From: Dendrobates tinctorius
Lineage: Eukaryota
Length of the DNA: 64,000 nucleotides
Direction: 5' to 3'
Assembly (NCBI RefSeq): GCF_039654945.1
Contig: NW_027361695.1
Coordinates: 11,904,001 to 11,968,000 of the forward strand
Made by a program: the position numbers and the translations under genes. The notes below the pieces were generated by a model. It was not told the origin of the DNA, did not search any database, and saw only the letters and a program-made list of their open reading frames with translations. Positions within the stretch are counted from its first letter, which is position 1. Each line of letters begins with the position of its first letter. Below, piece by piece: positions 34,401 to 48,004 of this stretch.

Positions 34401-37400
34401 AGGCAGCTCTTAACAGGAACACCTGAAGAGGATTACTGTATTACTGTCCTTATCATTTTCTCTTGGCTTTGTATTTTGTGCAAAGCCTTTATGAGTGAAG
34501 AAGTGCCACAACTACATTTTCATATTTTTTTTTATGAGGCACTACATTTGGTGCCTTCAAGTGTGTTTGGATAACCCTTCTTATAATTTTCTTTCTGGCT
34601 TTGCACTTTGTAGAGAGCTATTACGAGTGTAGGAGTACCACAACTACACTGTATTCACAACATTTGAATGAGGTTCTACAGTTGGTGCCTTCAATGGTGT
34701 ATTGATGACTCTGCTTGTAATTTTTGGCAGGCTTTGCACTTAGTGCATAGCTTTTATGGGTCTAGGAGTACCACTACAGGACAATTTGAACCTAATGTGA
34801 ATGAAGCCCTCCTTTATGTCTAATACACGGTGTATCTGAGTCCCTCTTCCATCTAATTTCGTCAGCTCTTGCTTCCTTCATAAATTACACTGAAATTTCC
34901 AATTGTTTAATGAAAATTAATAAAAATTAATAAAAAATCAAATTTGGTTTCACTAAATTATTATTTTTTAATTATTTAATTTTTTCCTTTTATACAAGTC
35001 ATTATACGAGAAGGAATGTTTCTTAACATCTTTTTTCCTGTAAACTCCAATTTCTTGTTGATTTTGAATGTTTTATTGTCAGTCCTTAAAGTGGAAGAAA
35101 AGTATGACACCATTGCTCTCAGCAGCGATGTGGGAGTCAGAGATGCTTCCAGGCGTCTTACCCATGCTTTTCTCCTTCCATTCAGCAATTTTTCCATCCA
35201 TTTCAACATTTTTACAGCCCCCCCAGTCCTCTTTCTAGGGTCTACCAGAAAAATGATCACATTTCTCATTGATTCCCATTACTCAAAACGAGCCTCCGAG
35301 CATTTTAGTGCTCGCTCATCTCTAGTAAGAAGTACCTGCGTCTGCAGACTGCCGACTGTGTACTCAGACTGATGTTTCACCTTGTCTATGGCTTTCTTCT
35401 TCCTTTTAACCAGAGCAAATTGCCTTTTTTTGGATGAATATGACCCCTAGAAAAAAGTAATACAATTACATATCTAAAACATGTATGTGTGCAATGCATG
35501 TGTGCACGAGCAGTCAGGCGGGCAACGTTCTCCTATATGAATATGCCAAAAATGTTTTATGTTGGTTTATAATGGCAAGCAGTACCATCTGCAGTCTACA
35601 GGTGGCGCTACATTCCCTTTATATGCTATTGCCCTTATACTGGCGGGGTTTACATTTGGAGTAGGTTTTTTTTATACATTTTTCCACCTGTTACAGTTTG
35701 TTTGTAGGGAGCTTTTTGTCATAGATTTTTGGAGCAGATTGTGCTCTATAACACACATGAAAAAAATACTTTTTGAATAATCTTCCTATTTATATCAAAT
35801 GGGCAATATGAGAAATATGCTTGTAGTGCACATGGTACCGTTTTTGTCCACATTTGTTTTAGTGTGGAAAAAAAAAGCAATCTGGGTATGTGCACATTTT
35901 CTTTGCGGAGAATTTCGGAGCATAAACTGAGCAGAATCTTAAGTTTTTGAGGAGTTGTGATTTTTTGACGAGAATTTGGAGAGAGTTTGTTCTACAAAAG
36001 CTATGAAAAAAAACTCAAGTTATTTAAATAATTTAAAAAAAAAACACGGTATGGGGACCCCTCTATTCTTGACAACCAGCCTTGCTGAAGCTGACAGCTG
36101 AGGGTTGCAGCCCCCAGCTGTGAGTTTTTCCTGGCTGGTTATAGAAAATACTAGGGAACACACGCCAGATTATTTATTTATTTACAGGTGAGTGGCGGGT
36201 GATGAATACTTCCATCAGCCGCTCCTGCTCTCACTGATATTACCAGCTGCGGGTGTACGCTGATGGAAGTAATAATTCCATCAGCTGCCGCCTGCTCTCA
36301 CTGGTATTAGCGGCAGCAGGTGCATGCCGATGGGAGTAATAGTCGAATAGTAATAGTTGAATATAACTCTCATCATTCTCTTTCTGCTCGCGCTGATCGC
36401 CGGCAGAACATAGGAGAATGATGCGATCCATCTTCAGCACCTGGCGCCGGAGAACAGCGCTAACAGTACTGCAGCTTCTCAGGTGCTGGTACATGTGGTA
36501 CTGATGCGGCACGCGGGCACCATATGGTTGCCACACGTGCGCTGCAAGTATTACACACGGACACTGACATCTCCGGTACCATTTTTTTTCTGGATACTCC
36601 TGGAAAAAAAAAGGATCTCATAATTGTAAAGTATGGCATTGTTTTTTACATACATTTCCATCCTGGGACTAGCTTTACAATCAATTACAGCAGGAACACG
36701 GAGGAACATTCACTGCAGGAAATGATTTCCACCATGAATTAGCTGTGTCGGTTCCTATCGTCAGCAGCATGTGTTGGAGAATATGGCTGACTTCTCCTGA
36801 TTATATCCCAGGGATGGACACCTGACAAGAATGAAATCAGAGCTGTACCTTCTGTAGACCTGCGGGCAGCGAGGTGACAGACACTCGCCTGGTGGTTTTC
36901 TTGGAGCGCACTATCACTTTGTCCGTGGTGATCCACTCCGTCTCTGCCTCTACAACATGAACATCCAGTTGAAGAATTGCTTTCAAAGAAAAACAACAAG
37001 TAAATCTGAATATGTAAGACTATGTCTCCTCTCCAGGTGAACTGTCAGCTCCATCATTAAAGGAGACACTAAGAGTAGATTCATTATTACATTTGCGCTT
37101 TTTTTTTTTTGTTGCTAATTTTGATGTTTTCCGCCTGTTTTTCATTTGCACCTTAGACTACGTTCCCACGGTGAGTATCTGGTGCGTTTCCGATGTTGCA
37201 GTTTTAGGTAAAATAGGTTACTTACGTTTTTTTAATTGAAATTACACAGTGTAAAAAAATCACCCAAAAATTATCTTGGAAATGTAGACTTCTTTTTATT
37301 TGGGTCTTTTTATGTGTTCCTTATAAAAATAGATAAAAGAGAAAAAGAAGAACTCACCATCCCTTAGGCGGTAAGGGCAGACAGCAGTAGAAATCGGACT

Positions 37401-40400
37401 GAGACTCGACCTTAATGCACGGACTGGCCGGCGGCTCTCCCCACCCAAGCGTGACAGCTTCATATATTTCTATGCAGCTGTCACACTGAGGACGGGAGAG
37501 CCGCCGGCCAGTCCGTGCATTATGGTCCAATCTCGATCTCATGTATATGGCACCCTTAAAATGAGTCCTTTATTGCTTAACGTAGAAGCCATAGAAACTG
37601 GTTGCAGGGGAATACGGGTAGCGTGAGGACTATGGTCGTTTCGCGTTATACCAATGATTCTTCCAGTCCTGGTGCGTGCTTCTTTTTCTCTTTTATTTAT
37701 TTGGATTTATTTTTGTACACGGTATCTTAAGAAGGTAGTACCACAACACCTTGTTATTTTATGTGGTCACCCTTGTATCATTTCTTTATGTTCTTCAGTA
37801 TAGGCAATAATTGGGGTTTACCATTCCCAAATTTTTCAGTCTTTCAAAGCCACAACTCGTCTTGAAAAAAAATGGAAAAATAAAAAAAACCTCCATAATG
37901 ACATATTGACGGAAAAATAAAAATAAAATTACGTCACCTCTGAAAAGGGAGGGAAAAAACTAAAAAGCAAAAAAAAAAAAAAAAAAAAAAAATTGCCCTC
38001 TCATGACTTGGAAAAAAGCTGGATCATACAAGGGGAAGATTTAACAAAGATGGGTCAAAGGAAAAATGGAGCAAAATTCCTGTAATAACAGGTTAGGTTG
38101 CTGCTTTTAAGGACACCTAAAAACAAGAGCTGGAATCTGATTGGGCGTGAGATTCCATCGACTTTTCCGGGATTCTATGAGTTTTCCTGGAAATGAGCAG
38201 GAATGTGATGGACAATACATTCTGTGCACATAGTTTACATGTTTGTCCCTGCTAGACAGATGTAGCCGACATAGCCTAAATGACATTTGTACATTTTTCT
38301 TACCAGCTCGTGAGATCCTCCTTCCTGACCCCTTGACTCTTTCCCGTGGGAGTGCGAGGTGTTGAATCATTTTAGGAAGATGATGCCGTTTGTGGGACAT
38401 CACCAGTGACTCATTTCTAGAAGACGCAGCCTGTAGGACGTTCACATGCTTGGCTTCTTTTATTCTGGTGGTTAGCACTTTATCCATAAAAATTTTCACC
38501 TTTTGCCCAAGACTTTTTTTTTTGTGTTCTCGGGTCATGGAGGATTCCGACTCGCTGTCACTTGATAGTTCTTCGTTGGGGACAAGGACTTTTTGGTTTA
38601 GTAGGTTGGTTGAGACAGCTCCATGCCACCTGCATGAAGAGTATCATGAGTGATGGTTTCCAGGAGAGTATACAGCCATACTATTGTAATTAGTCAGTTA
38701 TAAATGATAGTTAAGAAATTAATTTCAGGAAGATTCGCTCAATTTGGCTGGAGGATCAGATTCGGTCCAAATCAATGTTGCGAAAAGACGTTTGTTATGC
38801 TCTGACCCCAAGGTTGATGCCAGAGATTGGCCACGTGGGGGTGATGCATGTCGCTGATGTCAATAACGTGCGTGACCCCTTCCCACTTGACCTGGAAGTA
38901 TTGGAGACCAACATGGAGGACACGAGAACGGCAGAGGCGGCATATGGACGGGTGATGTGCTTTATCTTCTTCTTAACCCCTTTCCAATCCATCAAAATAA
39001 GATCGCAAATTGCTCACTGACTGGTTGCCATTTTGCTGGATGTGTGCGAATCAAATGCCAAAAATTTCATAATTTTCAGAATCCAAAATTTTGGGGAAAA
39101 TTTAAACAAATATGATTTGTTGATTCACTAATCTCTAGGTAAGATCTTCATATACCGAAAGAAAAATATAAGAAAAATATTTCAAATTGGGCCAGTAGTG
39201 CTACAGTATAACCAAACCCATCGGTGCTGATGGATATCTATAGGGCCCAAGAGTACGCTTACGGGCCAGGGTTACATTTTGATCTTATGTAAAAAATGAC
39301 CATAACAATTGGGTAATCTGTTGTCCAAAAGTTAAGCAGCCGGCAGTTTTCACACGGTCACCCAATGCCTACGTTATTCTTCCCATCTGTCCAATTCAGT
39401 GCTGACTGCTTCAATGGCATACATCCATAGTAAAAAAAATGTATGGGGGCCACAATGAGGGACATCATTAGGCTATGGAGCCACATTAGAGGACATTATT
39501 AGGATATGGGGCCACAACTGGGGACATTATTAGGTTATGGAGCCACAATGGTTGACATTAAGGTATAGGGCTACAATGAAGGACAATATTAGGGTGGGGT
39601 GCTACAATGGAGGATATTATTAGGGTATGAGGCCACATGGGGGACATTAAGGTATAGGGCTACAATGAAGGACAATATTAGGGTGGGGTGCTACAATGGA
39701 GGATATTATTAGGGTATGAGGCCACAATGGGGGACATTAAGGTATAGGGCTACAATGAAGGACAATATTAGGGTGGGGTGCTACAATGGAGGATATTATT
39801 AGGGTATGAGGCCACAATGGGGGACATTAAGGTATAGGGCTACAATGAAGGACAATATTAGGGTGGGGTGCTACAATGGGGATATTATTAGGGTATAGGA
39901 AAAAAATATTTTTTCCTTCATCGTCGGAGTCTGAGACTGGGACTGCGTCGCGCGGATGATACTTATGAACAAGGTGCAAGGCATTTTGGTGAGCTGACTT
40001 TCCTTATTTCCCCTTTCTGTTTTTTAGTATTATTAGAGTATGCACCGACCTCTGCACCTAGGAGTAGGGGCCACAGCGCGCGGGAAATCGGTTAGTTGCT
40101 GCGGGAACGTGCAGCACGCAGGAGGGTAGTGTCAGGGCTCCTGCAGAGAAGCCAACTGCCAGAGCGGGCCTAAACCAGCAGAGGCTAAAATCCGCTATCA
40201 GAGACTGCCGACAGCAATGTACCTGGTCCCATCACTGACTGTGAGTGGCAGGACACCCAGTCAGGACATAAGCGCCGGCATGCACCAAAGGGAGAATTGG
40301 GACACCCACTGTGAGGGGTTTCCCTTTATACCTGACTGGAGTCACTCATTGTCCCTGTACGCTGACAGGGGGAAAGACTGTGCTCTGCCCGGCTCGTCGT

Positions 40401-41229
40401 TTCCTGACACACCGATCACCGACCGGACCACGAGGAATCACTGTCACCGTCAAGAGCCAAGACATAATCTTTTCCAGGACTACACCAGACCACGAGGAAT
40501 CACCGCAGCCAGGATCCAGGACGCTATCTTTTCTAGGACCATACCTGACCCCTTACACGCCACAGCTTTGGCGCCAAGTCCACATCCTGAACAAACCGCA
40601 TTCTGAAGTCGTCGGACTGATAAGTTTGCTATTCTTGAACTTTCTACCCTATTCTTCACACCCGTTTCACCTGAGCTACGTACCCTGTGTACCTTTATAC
40701 TGTTTTCCCTGTTTTCTCCCTGTGAGGAGTATACCTGTTAAATTAAACCCCACGTTAACCCTTGCTTTGCCTCCGCCCCTTTACTGCACCTGCTCACAAT
40801 TACACAATGGATGACATTAGGGTATAAGGTCACAATGGGGGACAATATCAGGGTATGGGACCAAAATGAAGGATATTATAAGGGTATGGGGCCACAATGT
40901 GGAACATTGTTAATGTATGAGGGCACAGTTGGGGACATTATTAGGGTATGGAGCCACAATGGGGATCATTATTATGGTATAGAAGTACAATGGGGGACAT
41001 TATCGGTCCGACAGCTATATAAGGTGTCTGTCCAGCCTAACTGTAGTGCAAAGTACACAAAATTGGACCTTTTTTGATCATCTTTGCCTGAGGTCAGCAT
41101 CGACCATTAGTATTACCTGATAATGCCTTTTCGTTTCGTCTGAGAAGAACGGCCCTTGTTTGCCTGGGATCCTTTGCCGCTCTTCTTGATAAGGGCCTGA
41201 GACTCCGATGCCTTCGGCTTTGGTTCCAT
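31269..41229 (-). CDS. C3orf49: C3orf49 homologue, complete gene, complement join(41117..41229,38304..38629,36849..36979,35336..35446,31269..31466), 292 aa, C-terminal R-SNARE-like coiled coil
   Basis: 113+326+131+111+198 = 879 nt, GT-AG and phase-consistent. Motifs KRKGIIRWHGAVSTNLL, RRVSVTSLPAGLQK and VDDLIETIADKSSKLLAQRHEEL match C3orf49 as recalled; convergent with THOC7 as in mammals. Confidence 0.88.
32272..33923 (-). mobile_element. Tc1 (DD34E) transposon, full length, transposase disrupted
   Basis: TA|CAGTTAGGTCC...GGACCTAACTG|TA with ~220-bp TIRs; WTDE, DNDPKH, SPDLNPIE; stop at 32975 and frameshift ~33200. Confidence 0.95.
35336..35446 (-). CDS. C3orf49: C3orf49 exon 4
   Basis: ctag|GGG TCA TAT...ACG CAG|gtac; GSYSSKKRQFALVKRKKKAIDKVKHQSEYTVGSLQTQ. 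Confidence 0.87.
36849..36979 (-). CDS. C3orf49: C3orf49 exon 3
   Basis: aag|CA ATT CTT CAA...CAG AAG|gtac; ILQLDVHVVEAETEWITTDKVIVRSKKTTRRVSVTSLPAGLQK. Confidence 0.87.
38304..38629 (-). CDS. C3orf49: C3orf49 exon 2
   Basis: gcag|G TGG CAT GGA...CGA GCT G|gtaag; overlaps ORF 38107..38538. Confidence 0.85.
39440..41005. repeat. ~31-33-bp minisatellite interrupted (39900-40803) by an LTR-like fragment
   Basis: gccacaatggggacattattagggtat units on both sides. The insert ends ATTAAA...gctcacaattacaca like an LTR U5; its 5' end is not recognisable. Confidence 0.6.
41117..41229 (-). CDS. C3orf49: C3orf49 exon 1 (MEPKPKASES...TKRKGII)
   Basis: ATG at 41229 with an in-frame upstream TGA; donor AG|gtaat; joins exon 2 as R-W-H. 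Confidence 0.78.
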
Positions 41230-41858
41230 GACTATTTTACCTTGAAGTCTCGAGCCGGTGGTCTGGTCATGATCTATAGACTTGAATCATATCCAAGATC
41301 GAATGTTATTCCATTAACGTTCCCACTACTAATTGCAATGAGATTTCCAGCAAATCACATCGGCTTATAAGCCATACGTATCCTTCATGTAGAAGAGATA
41401 GAAGGAGTCAGAACTTTTCCCAGACTTTCTGAAGCTTTATTGGAGCATGAAACATTCATCGGAAGCTTGTGAAATTCCTCTTCCATCGCTCCTCTGTCCT
41501 TGAGAGCTGAATGTTGAAGAACTTGAAGCAAATATGTATCACTACGGTGAAAATACAGGGATCTTTGACGAAGCGTAAAAGATGAGGAAGGAAAACAACA
41601 AAGGGCGAAGTCTGTTATTTGTCTAAAGTCACTGATCAGAGCAGTCAACACTGTAGAAACTATAGGGCAGTGGTGTCCAACGCGTGGATTTTCAGATGTT
41701 GTGAAGCTAGAACTTCCACCATGCCGGGACAGCCATGATTGTATGGGCATGCAGGTTCAGCTCACTTATGTCATATGTAATGGAGGCAATAACTACAGGA
41801 AACCTCTTTAAGTTCACCTTTTGGTTTAGAAAACCATTTTTAAATGTTCAGCCTTTAT

Positions 41859-43860
41859 AAAGGGAATTTGTTAGTAGGATTTCGCCCCCTGAACTAATTT
41901 TATATGCACATGTAACTTTTTTTTAAAGATAATTCCAGGAATACATTTACATGACCAGTCCTTTCCTCCATTACTGAGAAATTAGAGTTTGAATTGATAT
42001 GCAAATGAGGCTGAAGCAGTGGCGTAACTACAAAGTTATGGACCCCGGTGCGAACTTTCAAATGGGGCCCCCCCATGCCAAAATACACGCACATCTTTGC
42101 TCCGTACACCTCGTACACACACGGCTCCGCTCCGTACACCTCGTACACACACGGCTCCTCTCCGTACACCTCGTACTCACGCGGCTTCGCTCCGTACACC
42201 TCGTACACACGCGGCTCCACTCCGTACACCTCGTACACACGCGGCTCCACTCCGTACACCTCGTACACACGCGGCTCCGCTCCGTGCACCTCGTACACGC
42301 TACTCCACACACCTCGTACACACACGGCTCCATACACCTCGTACACACACGGCTCCACTCCGTACACCTCGTACACACGCGGCTCCGCTCCGTACACCTC
42401 GTACACACGTGGCTCTGTTCCGTACACCTCGTACACACGCGGCTCTGCTCACCTCGTACACACACAACTCCGCTCCGTACACCTCGTACGCACACGACTC
42501 CGCTCCGTACACCTCATACACACGCAGCTCCGCTCCGTACACCTCGTACACACGTGGCTCCACACACCCCGTATACACACGGCTCCGCTCCGTACACCTC
42601 GTACACATGCGGCTCCGCTACGTACACCTCGTACACACGCGGCTCTGCTCCGCACACCTCGTACCCACACGGCTCCACACACCTCTTACACACACGGCTC
42701 CATACACCTCGTACACACATGGCTCCGCTCCATACACCTCGTACACACGCGGCTCCACACACCCCGTATACACACGGCTCCGCTCCGTACACCTCGTTCA
42801 CACACGGCTCCGCTCCATACACCTCGTACACACGCGGCTCCACACACCCCGTATACACACGGCTCCGCTCCGTACACCTCGTACACATGCGGCTCCACAC
42901 ACCCCGTATACACACGGCTCCGCTCCGTACACCTCGTACACACGCGGCTCCGTTCTGTACACCTCGTACACACATGGCTCCACTCCGTACACCTCATACA
43001 CACACGTCTCCGCTCCGTACACCTCGTACACACAAGGCCCTGCTCCGTACACCTCGTACCCACACGGCTCCGCTCCATACACCTTGTACACACACAGCTC
43101 CGCTCTGCACACCCCATACACACACATCTTCGCTCCATACACCTCGTACACACACAGCTCTGCTACATCCACCCTGTAAACCCCTCCTGACCCCACACAG
43201 AAACTTCCCCTCATCCAGCATCATGACAACCAGCACAGCAGAGTCCTGCAGCCACAGAGGCCCCTGATCATGTGGCCCCTGACTTCTCCCCTCCTGTGAC
43301 CTCATCACCGGTCCTGTGCACACAGAAAAGGACTTCATTGCAGACTGTGGGGGGCTGGCTGCGGTGAGTCTATATGGGAGGGCGAAGATGGGGTGCATGG
43401 GTGGCAGTGGCGGCTCAGTGCGGGACGCGGGGGGGAGTCAAAAACAGGACTATCCCGCGAGAATCGGCACGGTTGGGAGATATCACGGTCTGACCTGCCG
43501 GGCCCTTGACCCCCCCTGGGCCCAGCGACCGTGGTAGTTACGCCCCTGGGCTGAAGAACTATGGTAGATCTGAAGCCTCTGTCACTCCAGCTCTATTCCT
43601 GTCCCAGCATCACCTCCTCCTGCTGCTTGACTGACGTCTCTTTAGCCAGAAGTCACATGACATAGAGTCTGTCATTCAAGGAGGAGGCGCTGGGCAGGAA
43701 ATAGAGTTGGAGTGACAGAGGCTTTAGATCTGCTATAGTCCTTCAGCCTCATTTGTATATCAATTCAAACACAGATTTCTCAGTAACGGAGGAACGAACC
43801 GGCCATGTAAAGGTATTGCTAGACTTGTCTTTGAAAGAGCTACATGCACATAACAGTATA
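41859..43860. mobile_element. T2/Kolobok-like MITE (aaagggaat...) hosting a hAT insertion
   Basis: 41900-42016 is inverted at 43740-43850; internal palindrome 43557-43750. Confidence 0.6.
42017..43548. mobile_element. Non-autonomous hAT element carrying a ~30-bp minisatellite (42095-43165)
   Basis: TIRs CAGTGGCGTAACTAC / GTAGTTACGCCCCTG; exact 8-bp TSD GGCTGAAG (42009-42016, 43549-43556). Confidence 0.92.
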
Positions 43861-45405
43861 TTATATATTTCTTTTTTTGTGGGGAATCATATTGATAGTC
43901 CCTGTAAAGGGATATTACCTTTAATTTTTACTGATTTTATATTGATGATGTTTAATTGGGAAATGTGTAATGCTTGATGCCACCTCTGGGGCTGCTGCAG
44001 GGAAACTGAACACTAGCTGTCAGGTTCCTCTTCGGATTACAGTTGACCAGCTAGATGTTTGCCAGCAGTTGGATAATCTTCTTAATGTATATTATTAGCA
44101 TTAGAGATCTGTATCATGAGCTGTGCTGAAGGATATAATGATGTATGCAAATATATATATATAATATATATGAGATGCAATGCTAAGCAAGTGCATGTTA
44201 CTGTGCAGCTTGGTAGAATTCTGCCATGATGGTGGCTCCTCTGTCATCAGATGCAGTGATAACAGCAGAGGGCAGCAGAATCTTACAATCTACCTACGGC
44301 TGGTACTCTGAACACAACCAGCTCTGCTACCTTTTGCATCAGTACCATTATTAATTATACTGAAAAGTACAGTTTAGCAAAATGCTGTGGAATATGCTTG
44401 CACCTTATAAAAGTATATAATGATAATTAGAATTATGGAGATCGAGACCATAACCAACCTGGTGAGTACATCTTAGTAGCCTTACATGGGGACTGTCCTT
44501 GTAAGGGCAGGAGCAATGCATGGGCACAACAGGAGATATTAGAAATTTTGCCCCCCTGTGCCTACATGGTCATCTTCCATACTCCTGTATACCTTCAACC
44601 TGCAGTGAAGTTCTACAACAGTGGTGAGATAAAGCCATTTCTTATCCAGCACTGGTAACGTTTTCGCACTTGCACTTAATCACTTTGTGTTTTTTTCATA
44701 TATGAATTATCCAGTTTTATATTATTAGATTAAAAGTTATGTTTTAATTTATAACATTTCTCCTTGCTAGTCGGTGATATATTAACTGAGAGTATTTACA
44801 AGTGGGTCATATAGACAATACTATTGCTGACTCTCCTTTGGACTACCAGTAACGTGGAAGCCCCCTATATTTCCATTGACAGATGACAGATCTGAATGAG
44901 GACATGCTTTTTTTGTGGATTGAGCTGAAGCTTTTATTGGGAAAATTAAACATAACATTTGAGATCACATTTATCCTGCACTCTATGCTGAGCACTTTGG
45001 GGTTTTCATCTAAATCTCTGAGTAACATGATTCAAATAAAACCCCTGAGGGATCCATTCACTATAATGAGGCAGCAGAGTTACTCTGGAATCTTGCTGGC
45101 CTCTGTTCAGCGATGCCCTTCTTTTCAGAAGTGTACAAAACTGTGGCCGACAGCACTTTTATGCAATCCTAAAAAGAATGAAAGTGCTGAATCACAGGTC
45201 AGACGGCATCCTCAGTGCCTCCATCAGCCTCATTATACGGAATCTTCCATCGAGGGTTCCGTCTGAATCACGTATTTTGGAGGTTTACACGGACACCCTG
45301 GTGTAAGTGCACTGGTCAGATAGGCATCTCTGGTCTTGATCTGGCACCTACACTGGCGTGACTAGGACCCTGGACCACCGCCCCCCCCCCCCTTTCTGGC
45401 ATATA

Positions 45406-46295
45406 CAGTCATGGCTGAAAATATTGGCATCCTTTAAACTGTTCCAGAAAATGAAGTATTTTTCCCTGGAAATTATTGCAATTAAACTATTTGTTATGAA
45501 CATGTTTATTTCCTTTGTGTGTATTGGAACAGAACAAAAAAAAACAAAGAGAAAAAAAGACAAATTGGACATAATTTCACACAAACCCCCCAAAATGGGC
45601 CAGACAAAATTATGAGTAAACAACTTTGTTTTAAGCATGTGATGCTCATTCAAACTCACCCGTGGCAAGTAACAGGTGTGGGTAATATGAAAATCACACC
45701 TGAGACCAGATAAAAAGGGAGATGTTGACTCAATCTTTGCATTGTGTGTCTGTGTGTGCTGCACTAAGCATGGAGAACAGAAGGAGGAGAAGAGAAATGT
45801 CTGAAAACATTATGAACAATCTCAAGGTTACAAGTCCATCTCCAGAGATCTTGATTTTCCTTTGTCCACAGTGTGCAATATAATCAAGAAGTTTACAACC
45901 CATGCCACTCCAGCTAATCTCACTGGATGTGGACAGCAGAGAAAATTTGATGAAAGGTTGCAACACAGGATAGTCCGGATGGTGGATAAGCAGCCCCAAT
46001 CAAGGTCTAAAGGAATTCAAGCTGTCCTGCAGGCTCTGGGTGCATCAGTGTCAGCGCGAACTATCTGTCAACATTTGAATGAAATGAAACGCTATGGCAA
46101 GAGACCCAGGAGGACCCCACAGCTGACACAGACATAAAAAAGCTAGACTGCAGTTTTCCAAAATGTACGTGAGTAGCCCAAAATCCATCTGTGGAAAGAT
46201 ATGACCAAGAGAGAGCTTTTTGGTAAAGCACATCATTCTACTTTTTAACGAAAATGGAATGAGGACTACAAAGAAACGAAAACAGTACCTACAGT
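45406..46295 (+). mobile_element. Tc1 5' fragment (TIR + DNA-binding region), within a hAT-like remnant ~45351-46601
   Basis: TA|CAGTCATGGC start; GYKSISR / STVCNIIKKF / VSARTI homeodomain-like remnants. Confidence 0.75.
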
Positions 46296-47333
46296 CAGAA
46301 AAGCCCATTATACTCATCTTCCCTCCGCTTCTGCCGCCATTTGGTGTCTTCTTCTGAAGCTGACAGCTGACTTAATGTAGGCGTGTAACCGAAAGGGAGC
46401 ACATGAAGTCACTGCCATGTTCCTCCCAAACACATGCACGCCAACGTCAGCTGCTGGCCTCTGATCGCCGCTGTGCATTGCTGAATACGGACCCGGCGGG
46501 TCTCTACACCGCAATACACCTCCCCTGAATGTGTGTCAAAGATAAAGTTTGTGCTGGCGGTAACAGTCTTAACCTTTGCGACCACGGTCGTTACGCCCAT
46601 GAGCGCCTCCTTTCTTCTTCTGATCACCGTCCTCCTTCTTGCATTGTATGGATGACGCATTCTAAGTCATCCACACAGTGTCCCCTATAAAGCTCCTGCA
46701 CAGGCGCACTTCTCTCTACCCTGTGCATGCACCAGCTTTACCTAAAGGTCATGGCCACGCTTTGGCCTTTCCCGGAGCACATGCACTACAGTAGGTAGGA
46801 CGCGTCATCCACACGATGCAGGGAACGAGGACACAGTGGAGGAGAAACAATCCAGTTTGAGTCATAGCAGTATGGTCTGGATAGAAACAAAAAGGAAGCA
46901 GAATGTTTAGAACTAAAGTGTCATCTGGGAGTCCCAGGATTTAAAAGGTAACTGTAGTTTCATGAAGATTATCTCTGCGTGATAGTCGATGTACTAAGAA
47001 GCAATTTTGCAAATCAGAAAATGTTGCCATAGCCCTGTAAAAATGCTGTAATGTGCTGACTGCTAGGTGTCTGCCTCCTCTGTAACTTTTTGAAATCTGT
47101 CCTCAGTAACAGAGAAGTAGAGAATGGATCACAAGAAGTGGGGCTGGGGCTTAGCATCTGCCAGCTGTGACCTGCTGTACACAGGAGATGGAGCTGTTTT
47201 TTTAAATAAATAAATATTGTGATACAGAAAAAAAACACCATTTTCAAATATTTAAGACAAATATATATTTAACACAAAAGCTTGATTTTAAACACTAAAT
47301 TTTTTTCTGATGATAGCTTCCCCTTAAGACTTA

Positions 47334-47737
47334 AGGCCCTTTTACATTTAGCGATGCACCAGCGATCCAACCAGCGATCCGACCCGGTCAGGATCGCTGG
47401 TGCATCGCTAAATGATCGCTAGTGAGCTTTCATACAGAAAGATCTCACAGCGATCCAGCAGCGACGCAGCGCACGATACTTACCATTCACACACAGCGAT
47501 CCTGCGTCCTCCCGCCCGCGTCCAGCGTCGCTCGTCGTCACAGCAGGAAGCCCAGCAGGAAGCGCCCGACGAGAAATGGAGCCGGACATTCTCGCGCGAT
47601 CAGCGATGGACAGCGGGGGAGCCGGTCGCTGGTAAGTATCACACATAGCGATATCGCTAGCAATATCGCTATAACGTCACAAAACCAGTGACGTTTTAGC
47701 GATATTGCTAGCGATATCGCTTAGTGTAAAACCCCCT
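47334..47737. mobile_element. Harbinger-like MITE, copy 3
   Basis: Homologous to 7672-8063; ttaa at both flanks. Confidence 0.75.
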
Positions 47738-48004
47738 TAACTGTCCATTCATCCAAAACAAGATTAAGAGAATGGACGTACTGATCTTATCCCCCACAAA
47801 TCTAATATGTCCAGGACCTGTCCCAATGCTCAGACTCGGCAAATTGCCATTTACTTTAGAGATGGGATTCCGCCAGCAATATAGCAGCTCATACTTTCTT
47901 TTTTCCTACTTTCCAGTATGTATTGCTTTTGCCAATAGCTTGCCTGCTGCAAATTGAAAGCCCACCTTTCGGATAAGCCTGTATGCAGTTTACAGACAGG
48001 AGAG

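Noticed and set aside
41900-43398. Long His/Thr/Pro-rich ORFs on both strands
   Set aside because: Minisatellite inside a hAT element; no splice or domain evidence.
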